From: Candidatus Omnitrophota bacterium
GTDB taxonomy: Bacteria; Omnitrophota; Gorgyraeia; Gorgyraeales; Gorgyraeaceae
NCBI GenBank assembly: GCA_018824145.1
Contig: JAHJHC010000088.1
Coordinates: 2,696 to 66,695, forward strand
DNA: 64,000 nt
Direction: 5' to 3'
Shown here in pieces: positions 20,700 to 29,806 of this stretch. Each line of letters opens with the position of its first letter. The first letter of the stretch is position 1. A program made the position numbers and the translations under genes. Below the pieces are notes generated by a model, which worked only from the letters and a program-made list of their open reading frames with translations, was not told where the DNA came from and did not search any database.

Positions 20700-22577
20700 A
20701 TGTGTGGAATTTGCGGTATAAAAGGATTGTCTTTTAAAGAATCCAGTGTTTATTTGGATGATATGCTTAAAGTCTTATCGCATCGCGGGCCAGATACAGA
20801 AGGTAGATATGCTGAAGAAAATTTATCTATGGGAGTAAAAAGATTAAGTATTATAGATTTAGTTGCGGGGTCACAACCAGTATACAGTGAAGATAAGAGT
20901 ATAGTTTTAGTATGTAATGGGGAAATTTATAATTTTCATTCATTGAAAAATAAGCTTGTCAAAAAAGGCCATAATTTTTATACCGGAACAGATATAGAAG
21001 TTATAGTGCATCTATACGAAGAATCAGGACCAGCGTGTTTAGAGGAACTTGAAGGCATGTTTGCCTTTGCAATATGGGATAAAAAGAAAAAGCTTCTTTT
21101 TATCGCGAGAGATAGATTGGGGATAAAACCACTTTATTATTTTAATAAAAATGGATTATTTGGTTTTGGTTCAGAGCTGAAAGCATTATTGACATTGCCA
21201 TTTGTCCCTAAGATTTTAAATCCTGATGTAGCAGATTTATATTTTTCTTTAGAATATGTCCCTTCACCTTTATCGATTTTTAGAGACATTTTCAAATTAA
21301 AGCCGGGTCATTATCTGATTTATAAAGATTCACAGTTAGAGATCAATCGTTATTGGGATTTAAAATCCTTGGATATAGATAGAAATATAAGAATCTCTGA
21401 AGCAGAAGACAGATTGAAATATCTTCTAAGAAATTCCATAAAAACCCATATATTAAGTGATGTTCCTTTGGGTATATTTTTGAGTGGAGGGATTGATTCG
21501 AGTACTTTGATTGCCTTTGCAAGAGATATGTTCCCGCAGGATCTTAACACTTTTTCTATGGGGTTTGCTGATAAAGGATTCGATGAATCGAAATACGCGG
21601 GAGCTGTTTCGCGACATTTCAATACACAACATCATAGTTTTATCTTTACAATAAAAGATTTAATAAATATCTTTCCGGAAGTCACTGCTGCTTTAGATGA
21701 ACCATTTGCTGATATGTCTATTTTTCCGACCTATTTACTTTGTAAATTTTCTCGCCAGTTTGTTAAGGTGGCGTTGTCCGGAGAAGGAGGGGATGAGCTG
21801 TTTATGGGATACCCGACTTATCGCGCCCATCGATATATGCAGTTGTATCAAAAAATCCCGGAATATATAAGGAAATCTATAATAACTCCGTTTGTGAATC
21901 ATTTACCGGTTTCGCTTGAATATTTTAGCCTGGATTTTAAATTGAAACAATTTCTGAAAGCCCAATCTTCACAAAGCCCTTATTTGCAGCATCTATTATG
22001 GATGGGTTCATTTACGTCTTCAGATAAAGAAGACCTCTTTCAAGGAGACTTTAGGAAGAAAAGCTCTGAAAAATTATTGGAAGATTATGTCAAGTCACTG
22101 CTGGATACTAAAGGAGCGCCTTCGGGTTTAAAAGGGATTCAGTATTTGGATATTTTTAGCTATTTATCGGAAGATTTGCTGGTGAAGGCTGACAGGGCTA
22201 GTATGGCTGCCTCGTTAGAGACAAGGGTCCCATATTTAGATTATAAATTAGTAGAGTTTATCTGGAGTCTACCGTCACAGTTGATCTTTCAAAAGCGATT
22301 GTTAAAACATCTAATGAGAAATATTTTACCTTCAAGTATTATAACACGGCCCAAAAAGGGATTTTCATTGCCTTTTTCAAAATTGATATTAGATAAGGAT
22401 GTTTTTATATTATTCGAAGGATTATTCAGTAAGGATTTTATTCTTCGGCAGAATATATTTAATTATAAATATATAAGAAGGCTTCTTGATGAGCATATTG
22501 CTGTGAAAAAAGATAATCGCAAAAAACTGAGTACTTACATGATGTTCCAGTCTTGGTATAAAAATTATTTCTCTTGA
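20700..22577 (+). CDS. asnB: Asparagine synthase (glutamine-hydrolysing) family amidotransferase, glycan-locus type
   Basis: MCGICG, HRGPD, RLSIIDL, NGEIYN, RDRLGIKPLYY, LSGGIDSS, LSGEGGDELF, E.RVPYLD. Confidence 0.93.
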   Translation: MCGICGIKGLSFKESSVYLDDMLKVLSHRGPDTEGRYAEENLSMGVKRLSIIDLVAGSQPVYSEDKSIVLVCNGEIYNFHSLKNKLVKKGHNFYTGTDIEVIVHLYEESGPACLEELEGMFAFAIWDKKKKLLFIARDRLGIKPLYYFNKNGLFGFGSELKALLTLPFVPKILNPDVADLYFSLEYVPSPLSIFRDIFKLKPGHYLIYKDSQLEINRYWDLKSLDIDRNIRISEAEDRLKYLLRNSIKTHILSDVPLGIFLSGGIDSSTLIAFARDMFPQDLNTFSMGFADKGFDESKYAGAVSRHFNTQHHSFIFTIKDLINIFPEVTAALDEPFADMSIFPTYLLCKFSRQFVKVALSGEGGDELFMGYPTYRAHRYMQLYQKIPEYIRKSIITPFVNHLPVSLEYFSLDFKLKQFLKAQSSQSPYLQHLLWMGSFTSSDKEDLFQGDFRKKSSEKLLEDYVKSLLDTKGAPSGLKGIQYLDIFSYLSEDLLVKADRASMAASLETRVPYLDYKLVEFIWSLPSQLIFQKRLLKHLMRNILPSSIITRPKKGFSLPFSKLILDKDVFILFEGLFSKDFILRQNIFNYKYIRRLLDEHIAVKKDNRKKLSTYMMFQSWYKNYFS

Positions 22578-22621
22578 TGAGGATTATGCGGGAGAAAAGA
22601 ATGGATGGAGGCTGATTTGTT

Positions 22622-23785
22622 ATGAATATTTTGATGGTTCACCCTCATGATATATTTGATAAGTCCGAGCCCTGGACAATAAGGATTAAAAGCATAGCTA
22701 AGGAGGTCGTCGAAAGGTCTCACGAAGTAAAATTATGTTATTTTCCTTTAACGATCAATGAAAGGTACTTGCCCAAAAAAATAAATTCGATAGAGCTGAT
22801 TCCTTTAGATAGAACGCCTTCGCCTAAGGCATTTATTTTGAATATCATAAGACTTATAAAATTATGTAAATGGGCAGATGTCGTCCATTTTCAAAAGTGT
22901 CAGCATTATGCTGCTATCCCTACGTTAATCGCAGCATATATTGCCGGGAGGACGTTACATTACGATTGGGATGACTGGGAGGAGAAGATATGGTATGAAT
23001 CCTGTGGTAGATCTTTAAACTCAAGATTTATAGGCTTCTCTTTTAAAGTGCTGGAAAGGTTTATTCCTTTATTGGTTGATTCTGTTTCATGCGCAAGCAG
23101 TCATTTGAAATATCTGACTCATAAATTTGGAGTGAAGAAGGAATGTATATTTGATGCCCCTGTAGGAGCTGATTTAGTAAAATTCAAGCCTGATTTAGAT
23201 GGGAGGGGGATAAAAGAGAGACATGATATAAGAGGTGAGCTGGTTTTATATATAGGTCAGCTTCATGGAGCTCAATATGTCAATTTATTTATAAAGTCAG
23301 CCAACATAGTTTTACACAGATACCCGAATGTGACTTTTATGATTGTAGGGGAAGGGTTTTTAGAAAATAAATTAAGAGATCTTGTCTATAGTTTAGGTAT
23401 AGACGATAGAGTTGTTTTTACCGGAAGCGTACCTCATGATGATATCCCTTACTATATCGCAGCTTCAGATATCTGTGTAGCTGCTTTTATGGAAACAGAG
23501 GTAACAATATGTAAAAGTCCTTTGAAGATTGTAGAATATTTGGCAAGTGGCAAGCCTATAACAGCAAGTAACGTAGGTGAAGTTAGAAGAATGGTAGGAG
23601 GCGTAGGGGTTTTGGTTGAGCCTTCTAGCCAGCATTTTTTAGCAGATGGCATTATTCAGCTTTTAAAGGATAAGGATTTAAGAGGTAGATTAGGAAAAAA
23701 TGCAAGACGTAGGGCAGAAGAAAAATACAATTGGAGCCGTACCTCTGAGAATATTTTGAAGGCATATCAATCTCAACTCACATAG
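22622..23785 (+). CDS. GT4 glycosyltransferase
   Basis: GT-B motifs IVGEG, FTGSVPH, SPLKIVEYLASGKPI. Confidence 0.9.
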   Translation: MNILMVHPHDIFDKSEPWTIRIKSIAKEVVERSHEVKLCYFPLTINERYLPKKINSIELIPLDRTPSPKAFILNIIRLIKLCKWADVVHFQKCQHYAAIPTLIAAYIAGRTLHYDWDDWEEKIWYESCGRSLNSRFIGFSFKVLERFIPLLVDSVSCASSHLKYLTHKFGVKKECIFDAPVGADLVKFKPDLDGRGIKERHDIRGELVLYIGQLHGAQYVNLFIKSANIVLHRYPNVTFMIVGEGFLENKLRDLVYSLGIDDRVVFTGSVPHDDIPYYIAASDICVAAFMETEVTICKSPLKIVEYLASGKPITASNVGEVRRMVGGVGVLVEPSSQHFLADGIIQLLKDKDLRGRLGKNARRRAEEKYNWSRTSENILKAYQSQLT

Positions 23786-23792
23786 GATTTTT

Positions 23793-24893
23793 GTGAAAGT
23801 TATTTTTGTTACAAGAGAAGGTCATGGCCTATCTGGCGCAAGGGTAAGATGTTATAACTTTGCCCGTGTATTGAGACGGTATGGAATAACCACAGAGGTG
23901 TTTTCTTTTGCTGATAATTTAGGTGCTAAATACGGCGAGAAAGAGTTTGAAATGTCTTATTTAGAGAAACTCAGATATAATATCAAGGCATTTAAACTAC
24001 TGTTAAGAGAAGAAAAGGATGCGGTTTTTTTTATACAGCGATTAAATTATCATACTATAGCTCCTTTCATGGTTTCTTTATTAAAAAAAAATAGATTTAT
24101 ATTTGATTGTGATGACTGGAATATACGGGAAGATCCCATATATTATTTTAATTTATTTCCTAGTTCTAAGATGGAATTTTTAACACGTAAGATTACTAGA
24201 TATGCAAACATTTGTACTGTGGCAAGTGTATTTTTAAAAGATTATTTATGTAGATTTAATAAGAAGATTTATTATCTTCCTACAGGAGTGGATACAGCTA
24301 TTTTTAATCCCAACGACAGTCATAATAACAGTTCAAAAATTAGTTTTTCTTGGATTGGTACTTTGTACCATAAGGAAATGCAGGAAAATATTAGATTTAT
24401 TTTAGCTTGCTTTTCTGAGTTAGCCGATAGATATCGTAACATTTTTTTAAATCTTGCTGGCGAGGGGGTATATTTTCGTGAAATCAGCCGGTATGTAGCT
24501 ACTCTGCGATATAGAGACAGAATAATGATAAATAATTGGATCCCACCGGATAAAATCCCCGACCACCTTTCGCATATCGATATTGGTCTTTTGCCTCTGA
24601 TCCAGCATACAAAATTCAATAAATCAAAAAGCCCCACCAAGCTTTTTGAATACATGGCAATGGGAAAACCCACTGTTTCAAGCAATATTGGAGAAGCAGC
24701 GCATATTATTCATAATGGTGAAAATGGTTTTTTGGCAGGCACAAAAGAAGAATTTGTGGCCAGGATGGAAGAGTTAATTAATGATCCTATTTTGTGTAGG
24801 AGCATTGGGGATAGCGCTAGGAAAAGTGTAGAAGAAAAGTATTCTCTTAATGTGTTAAGCAGGCGCCTCTACGATATATTAAAAACAATATAA
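23793..24893 (+). CDS. GT4 glycosyltransferase
   Basis: PTGVD, WIGT, DIGLLP, KSPTKLFEYMAMGKP. GTG start. Confidence 0.9.
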   Translation: MKVIFVTREGHGLSGARVRCYNFARVLRRYGITTEVFSFADNLGAKYGEKEFEMSYLEKLRYNIKAFKLLLREEKDAVFFIQRLNYHTIAPFMVSLLKKNRFIFDCDDWNIREDPIYYFNLFPSSKMEFLTRKITRYANICTVASVFLKDYLCRFNKKIYYLPTGVDTAIFNPNDSHNNSSKISFSWIGTLYHKEMQENIRFILACFSELADRYRNIFLNLAGEGVYFREISRYVATLRYRDRIMINNWIPPDKIPDHLSHIDIGLLPLIQHTKFNKSKSPTKLFEYMAMGKPTVSSNIGEAAHIIHNGENGFLAGTKEEFVARMEELINDPILCRSIGDSARKSVEEKYSLNVLSRRLYDILKTI

Positions 24894-25840
24894 TGATAAA
24901 TATATCCATTATAATTTTAACTTTTAATAGCTCTGAGCATATTAAATCTTGTCTGGATTCTGTATTTAGACAAAGTTATCGGAATTTTGAGGCGATTTTA
25001 GTAGATAATGGTTCAATAGATGACACCTTATCATTGGTAAAAAGGGATTATCCAAAAGTTAGATTGGTTGAGAATAAAAGAAATCTTGGTGCTTGTGCGG
25101 CAAGAAATAAAGCTATTGGTCTCGCTAAAGGGAGGTGGATTCTGACCTTGGATTGCGATGTTATTTTAAAAAAGGATTTTATTGAGAAAATAGTCGGATT
25201 TATAGGAGAGGCTGGAGAGTCAATAGGCATGTTTCAACCGAAGATCTTACAAATAGATAGAAAGACTATTTATTCTTGTGGGATATATCTTTCTAATATG
25301 AGAAGATTCCATGACATTGGCAGAGGGATTCCTGAAAATGGTAGATTTGACATGACAAAAGATATTTTCGGTGCTTGTTCTGCTGCGGCGGTGTACAAAA
25401 AACAGATGTTAGAAGAAATAAAAGAAACCACGGGTTATTTTGATGAAAGATTTTTCTTCTTAGTAGAGGATGTGGACTTAGCATGGCGGGCACAAAGAAA
25501 GGGTTGGGGAGCAAAATTTTATTCTGAAGCAGTTTGTTATCATTATGGCAATTCTTCAGGGTCGGATAAAAAACTCAGGCAATTTCTTTCTTTTCGCAAT
25601 CGATATTACACCATAATAAAAAATGAGGGCCTTAGAAAATATATTAAGAAATTTTTTCCATTATTGTGTTATGATTTTCCGAGATTAGTATATTTGTTTT
25701 TTACTAATAAGTATATTTTAAGAACAGTTAAAGATAAAGTATCTATATCCCTGAAGGGTGAATTTCTACATGTTGCTATAACTCTCCTGTTAACTCACCG
25801 ATTACTTGACAGGCTGTTGTATGTATGGGAAAATTATTAA
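24893..25840 (+). CDS. GT2 glycosyltransferase (WbbL-like), with a C-terminal extension relative to its paralog
   Basis: IIILTFN, VDNGSID, LDCD, FDERFFFLVEDVDLAWRA. Confidence 0.9.
   Translation: MINISIIILTFNSSEHIKSCLDSVFRQSYRNFEAILVDNGSIDDTLSLVKRDYPKVRLVENKRNLGACAARNKAIGLAKGRWILTLDCDVILKKDFIEKIVGFIGEAGESIGMFQPKILQIDRKTIYSCGIYLSNMRRFHDIGRGIPENGRFDMTKDIFGACSAAAVYKKQMLEEIKETTGYFDERFFFLVEDVDLAWRAQRKGWGAKFYSEAVCYHYGNSSGSDKKLRQFLSFRNRYYTIIKNEGLRKYIKKFFPLLCYDFPRLVYLFFTNKYILRTVKDKVSISLKGEFLHVAITLLLTHRLLDRLLYVWENY
25806..25834 (+). promoter_or_regulatory. Putative sigma70 promoter for the ABC exporter genes
   Basis: TTGACA(25806)-17 nt-GAAAAT(25829) with extended TG, 8 nt before ATG 25843. Confidence 0.45.
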
Positions 25841-25842
25841 CA

Positions 25843-26631
25843 ATGGATTACGCTATAGAGATAAAAAACCTAAAGAAAATATTTTTTGAAAGAAAAGGAT
25901 TTACTGAAATACTGCGTTGTCCTTTTAAGAGAAAGGAAGGCAAGCTTGTTTTATATAATGTTAATTTAGGCATAGAAAAGGGTTCCATATTTTGTCTTTT
26001 GGGGCCAAACGGAGCAGGTAAGACTACACTTATAAAAATAATATGTACTTTGATACTCCCTACGGAAGGGAAGGTTTTTGTAAATGGAGTTGATGTAGAA
26101 AAAGAAGAATGGAGGGCTAAGGGTTTTATTGGGCTTGTGACAGGAGAAGAAAGGAGTTTTTTCTGGAGGCTTTCAGGTAGAGAAAACCTGCTTTTTTTCG
26201 CCTCTTTATATAATATCCATGGAAAAAAAGCATCTAAGAAGGTTTCCGAAGTCTTAGAAATAGTTAGGATAGATGACCCTAAAAAGAGATATCAGGAATA
26301 TTCCGGTGGAATGAAACAGAGATTGGGAATTGCAAGAGCCCTTTTAGGAAACCCTGAAATTCTTTTAATGGATGAGCCTACTAAAAGTTTAGATCCTATA
26401 GCAGCCGAAGAATTAAGAAAATTTCTAAAGGAAAAACTCTGTAGAGAATTGAAAACAACGATTTTTTTTACTACACATCAACTTAACGAGGCAGAGAAAC
26501 TCGCTAGTAAGATTGCTATAATAAATAAAGGTGAAATCAAGGTTTCAGGGACATTAGATGAGCTTATGAGTGGAGTGAAGCAAGATAACGTAGATTTAGA
26601 TAAGATGTATGCCTATTATGTCAATTCGTAA
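25843..26631 (+). CDS. ABC exporter ATP-binding protein
   Basis: Walker A GPNGAGKTT, signature YSGGMKQR, Walker B LLMDEPT, H-loop TTH. ATG 25843 preferred over 25825. Confidence 0.92.
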   Translation: MDYAIEIKNLKKIFFERKGFTEILRCPFKRKEGKLVLYNVNLGIEKGSIFCLLGPNGAGKTTLIKIICTLILPTEGKVFVNGVDVEKEEWRAKGFIGLVTGEERSFFWRLSGRENLLFFASLYNIHGKKASKKVSEVLEIVRIDDPKKRYQEYSGGMKQRLGIARALLGNPEILLMDEPTKSLDPIAAEELRKFLKEKLCRELKTTIFFTTHQLNEAEKLASKIAIINKGEIKVSGTLDELMSGVKQDNVDLDKMYAYYVNS

Positions 26632-27397
26632 AATATTATCATTTATCCGCAAAGATGCAATAATAAACATGAGTTATAGAACTATTTTTTTGATGTCTTT
26701 TGTAAGAATAATATCTTCCACGTTGATTTTCTTTTTTATGGCTAAATTATTTCGCAAACCGGAATACTTCCCGTTTGTATTAATAGGCATTGCATTTACC
26801 TCATATTTATACACTTCTCTCGGAACTTTTTCAAGTAGATTTAGAGACGAACAAGCTGCAGGAACTTTAGAGGCTATGTTGGTAGCGCCGACTAAAACAA
26901 AGGATATATTTATAGGGATCGGGGCATGGGATTATTTGTTCACTACTTTTAGAGTGTTTATATATATATTATTGGGGGTTCTGTTTTTTGGGGTTAATTT
27001 AAATAATGCTAATATATTAGCAGCAATATTGATACTATGTCTCAGTATAATTTGTTTTAGTTGCATGGGAATTAGTGCCGCAGGTCTTGTTTTAATCTTT
27101 AAAAGAATGAATCCCGTGACATGGATAATAGGAGGATTTACTGGTCTTGTTGGAGGAGTATATTTTCCTGTAGAGATATTGCCGATATGGATAAGGGGTA
27201 TCTCATATATACTACCGCTTACATATTCATTGAAAGGACTTAGGGGTGCTCTGCTTTATGGCAATTCTATCAGAGAATTGATGCCAGAGATATTACTATT
27301 GTGTATCTTTATAATTGTTTTATTTCCACTAAGCACATTAATTTTTAAAAAAGCAATGAAAAAAACAAAAATAGATGGTAGTCTCGTGCATTATTAA
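26609..27397 (+). CDS. ABC-2 type permease
   Basis: About six TM segments; GTLEAML, GGVYFPVEILP..I, PLTY. Start may be 26618. Confidence 0.88.
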   Translation: MPIMSIRKILSFIRKDAIINMSYRTIFLMSFVRIISSTLIFFFMAKLFRKPEYFPFVLIGIAFTSYLYTSLGTFSSRFRDEQAAGTLEAMLVAPTKTKDIFIGIGAWDYLFTTFRVFIYILLGVLFFGVNLNNANILAAILILCLSIICFSCMGISAAGLVLIFKRMNPVTWIIGGFTGLVGGVYFPVEILPIWIRGISYILPLTYSLKGLRGALLYGNSIRELMPEILLLCIFIIVLFPLSTLIFKKAMKKTKIDGSLVHY

Positions 27398-27402
27398 TCA
27401 GA

Positions 27403-27594
27403 ATGCCAGAAAAAGATAATATGGAAATAGAAAAAATATATCCGAAGATTAGTAGATTTAAAGATAACGGCAAACATTATTTCCGGGAAAAAGGCGATAA
27501 CTCTAGTAGTATAGGGGCTATTCAAGAAAATGATGTAATAGGAAGGTTGGAATATGTAAAAGAAGGTGAAGGGCAGAGCAAGAAATATTTGTAG
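27403..27594 (+). pseudogene. Internally deleted S24/S26 peptidase remnant
   Basis: MEIEKI and YFREKGDN...DVIGRLE match LEIERI and YFIHKGDN...DLIGKVE of 38020-38547; the catalytic GxSM/HR region is absent. Confidence 0.6.
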
Positions 27595-27612
27595 ATAGTT
27601 TAATCTGTATTA

Positions 27613-27651
27613 GAGATTGCTTCGGCCACCTTTCGGTGGCCTCGCAATGAC
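27613..27651. repeat. REP-like palindromic element GAGATTGCTTCGGCCACCTTTCGGTGGCCTCGCAATGAC
   Basis: Inner stem GGCCACC-TTTC-GGTGGCC nested in ATTGC...GCAAT. Resembles the GAGATTGCTTCG...CTCGCAATGAC repeat type I recall from other bacteria. Confidence 0.7.
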
Positions 27652-27761
27652 AGGCTTTTAGAAGAGCTGGACCGTTACGGTTTGGAGAGGCATTGGCGAG
27701 TAGGAAACTTTCCTGAAAAAAATCTTCCCAATGAGCCATATATATAATATACTTATGGGGT

Positions 27762-28307
27762 TTGGTGGGATTTGCAGAAGATTCAGAAAAGTCCATAGGC
27801 ATACTTCAACCAAAGATTTTACAAATAGACCGGAAGAATATTTATTCTTGAGACACATATCTCCCCAATATAAAAAGGTTCCATGACATAAGTAGAGGGG
27901 AGCTTAATAATGGTAAATTCGAGAAGGTAAAGGATATCTTTGGAGCTTGCTCTGCAACGGCACTGTACAAAAGACAGATGTTGGAGGAAATAAGGGAAAG
28001 TACAGGCTATTTTGATGAGAGATTCTTTTTCTTGGTAGAGGATGTAGATTTAGCCTGGCGTGCACAGAGAAAAAGTTGGAAAGCAAGATTCTATCCTGGA
28101 GCAGTCTGTTATCACTATGGTAATTCGTCAGGTTTAGATAAGAAATTTAGACAATATCTGTCTTTTCGTAATAGGCACTATTCTATAATAAAAAATGAAG
28201 GGCTTAAAAATTATTTTAAAAAATTCTTTCCGTTGTTGTTTTATGATATTCCTCGGTTATTATATTTGGTTTTTACTAATCGTTATATCTTAAGAAAAAT
28301 AAATTAA
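27762..28307 (+). pseudogene. 5'-truncated duplicate of GT2 24893-25840 with in-frame TGA at 27849
   Basis: LVGFAEDSEKSIGILQPKILQIDRKNIYS*DTYL...MLEEIRESTGYFDERFFFLVEDVDLAWRAQRK aligns with IVGFIGEAGESIGMFQPKILQIDRKTIYSCGIYL...; the N-terminal ~95 aa are missing. Confidence 0.85.
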
Positions 28308-28309
28308 AC

Positions 28310-29806
28310 ATGAGATTTTTTAAAGAGTATATTCTGAAAGATAAAATATTTAAAAATTGGCAGATTTTATTAATACTTATGGTTTCTTTATGTTTGCGCC
28401 TGTATCATCTTGGTTATCATGATTTCTGGTATGACGAGATAGGTACAGTGGATTATGCTCAACATCCTTGGAATAATTGGAATGCCCCTTTTTACTGGAT
28501 ATTGCTTCATTTTTGGATAAAAGTTTTTAAAATTTCAGAATTCGGTTTACGTTTTCCTTCTTTAGTTTTTAGTTTTTTTTCTATAATTCTCGTTTTCTTA
28601 ATAGGAAAAAGACTTTTTAATAAGAAGGCTGGCCTTTTAGCTAGCATATTTATGGGGCTTTCTCCTTTTCATATTTGGTATGCTCAGGAAGCACGTGATT
28701 ACAGTATGTTATTATTTTGGGGTACGCTTTCCTCATGGTTACTCCTCAAAGCAATTAAAAAACAAAGATTGAAATCCTGGGTAATCTTTACAATGGTTTC
28801 TATAGCAGGGTTTTACACCAATTATTTTTATACTTTCCTTTTTGTCGCACATATTATTTTTGTTGTTACATTTTTTAAGCGTTTGAAATTAAAACTGAAG
28901 AATTTGATTCCCTTCTTTGTCGTTAGTCTGTGTTTTTCGCTATACTTAAACCGTTTTTTAGGCAAATTTTTTAGTGTCTGGCAGGGTTTTTGGATTCCTG
29001 AACCAGAAGTACGCTCTTTGGTTATTACTATAGAAAATTTTATTCTTGGTTATAACGCCAATTTCCCTTCATATCTCATTGTAAGCATTTTAATAGCAGT
29101 ATTTTTTACCATTGTAATTATAAAATTGAAAGATATCCGGTTTCGACCTGCAATTGTATTTTGTCTATATTTGTTCTTAACCCCCATTGTTTTAGCTTTT
29201 CTTTTTTCAAAAACATTTTTTTCGGTTTATCTTGATCGCGGTTTGATTGTTACAAGTCCCTATTTTTATCTGATATTATCTTTTGGCGTGTTTAGCTTGA
29301 ACAAAAGGTATTTAAGAACAGGTAGTCTGGTTATTTTATTTTCTTTAATTTGCATAGCCCTTTATGGGTATTATATGGATTGGATGCCTACATCTTCTTT
29401 TCATTATACAGGAGTCCATCTTAAAAAATCCATAAAGCCAGTAGTTAAATTTATAGAAGATGAGTTAAGAGTACGAGATAGGATTGTTTTTACTAACGAA
29501 TCAGTACTGCCATCTTTTCGGTTTTATAGTCCCCAAGAAAGATCTTTTCATTTTTTATTTGTACCAGGAGAGGCGTTCGACCCTTTTTCCCAAAGGCCGG
29601 TATATGAAAACAGATATTACCTTTCGACCTATAACTTAAGAGATTTTGAATTTGATAGATTATGGGTTATATCTTGCGATTGGTCAAGAGATGGGAGTTT
29701 AGACGGAAATTCTCAAGCAGTAAAAGATTTCTTGGATAGGAATTTTAGATTACAATTCATCCGAGAATTTGATGGATTATGGGTATTTAGATATGATACA
29801 TTTTAG
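28310..29806 (+). CDS. GT-C membrane glycosyltransferase (GT39/PMT-like)
   Basis: LRLYHLG..DFWYDE, PFYWILLH.W, R.PS, SPFHIWYAQEARDYS. Confidence 0.85.
   Translation: MRFFKEYILKDKIFKNWQILLILMVSLCLRLYHLGYHDFWYDEIGTVDYAQHPWNNWNAPFYWILLHFWIKVFKISEFGLRFPSLVFSFFSIILVFLIGKRLFNKKAGLLASIFMGLSPFHIWYAQEARDYSMLLFWGTLSSWLLLKAIKKQRLKSWVIFTMVSIAGFYTNYFYTFLFVAHIIFVVTFFKRLKLKLKNLIPFFVVSLCFSLYLNRFLGKFFSVWQGFWIPEPEVRSLVITIENFILGYNANFPSYLIVSILIAVFFTIVIIKLKDIRFRPAIVFCLYLFLTPIVLAFLFSKTFFSVYLDRGLIVTSPYFYLILSFGVFSLNKRYLRTGSLVILFSLICIALYGYYMDWMPTSSFHYTGVHLKKSIKPVVKFIEDELRVRDRIVFTNESVLPSFRFYSPQERSFHFLFVPGEAFDPFSQRPVYENRYYLSTYNLRDFEFDRLWVISCDWSRDGSLDGNSQAVKDFLDRNFRLQFIREFDGLWVFRYDTF

Noticed and set aside
20700-22577. 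AsnB as a lasso-peptide cyclase for the YxxPxL precursor
   Set aside because: It retains the full N-terminal Cys glutaminase domain (MCGICG), lies among glycosyltransferases 15 kb from the precursor, and no transglutaminase-like B2 protease is visible.
27849-27851. In-frame TGA at a position that is Cys (TGT) in the paralog, suggesting selenocysteine or recoding
   Set aside because: The copy also lacks its N-terminal ~95 aa, no SECIS-like hairpin is evident, and TGA is a normal stop elsewhere in the window. A single nonsense mutation is simpler.
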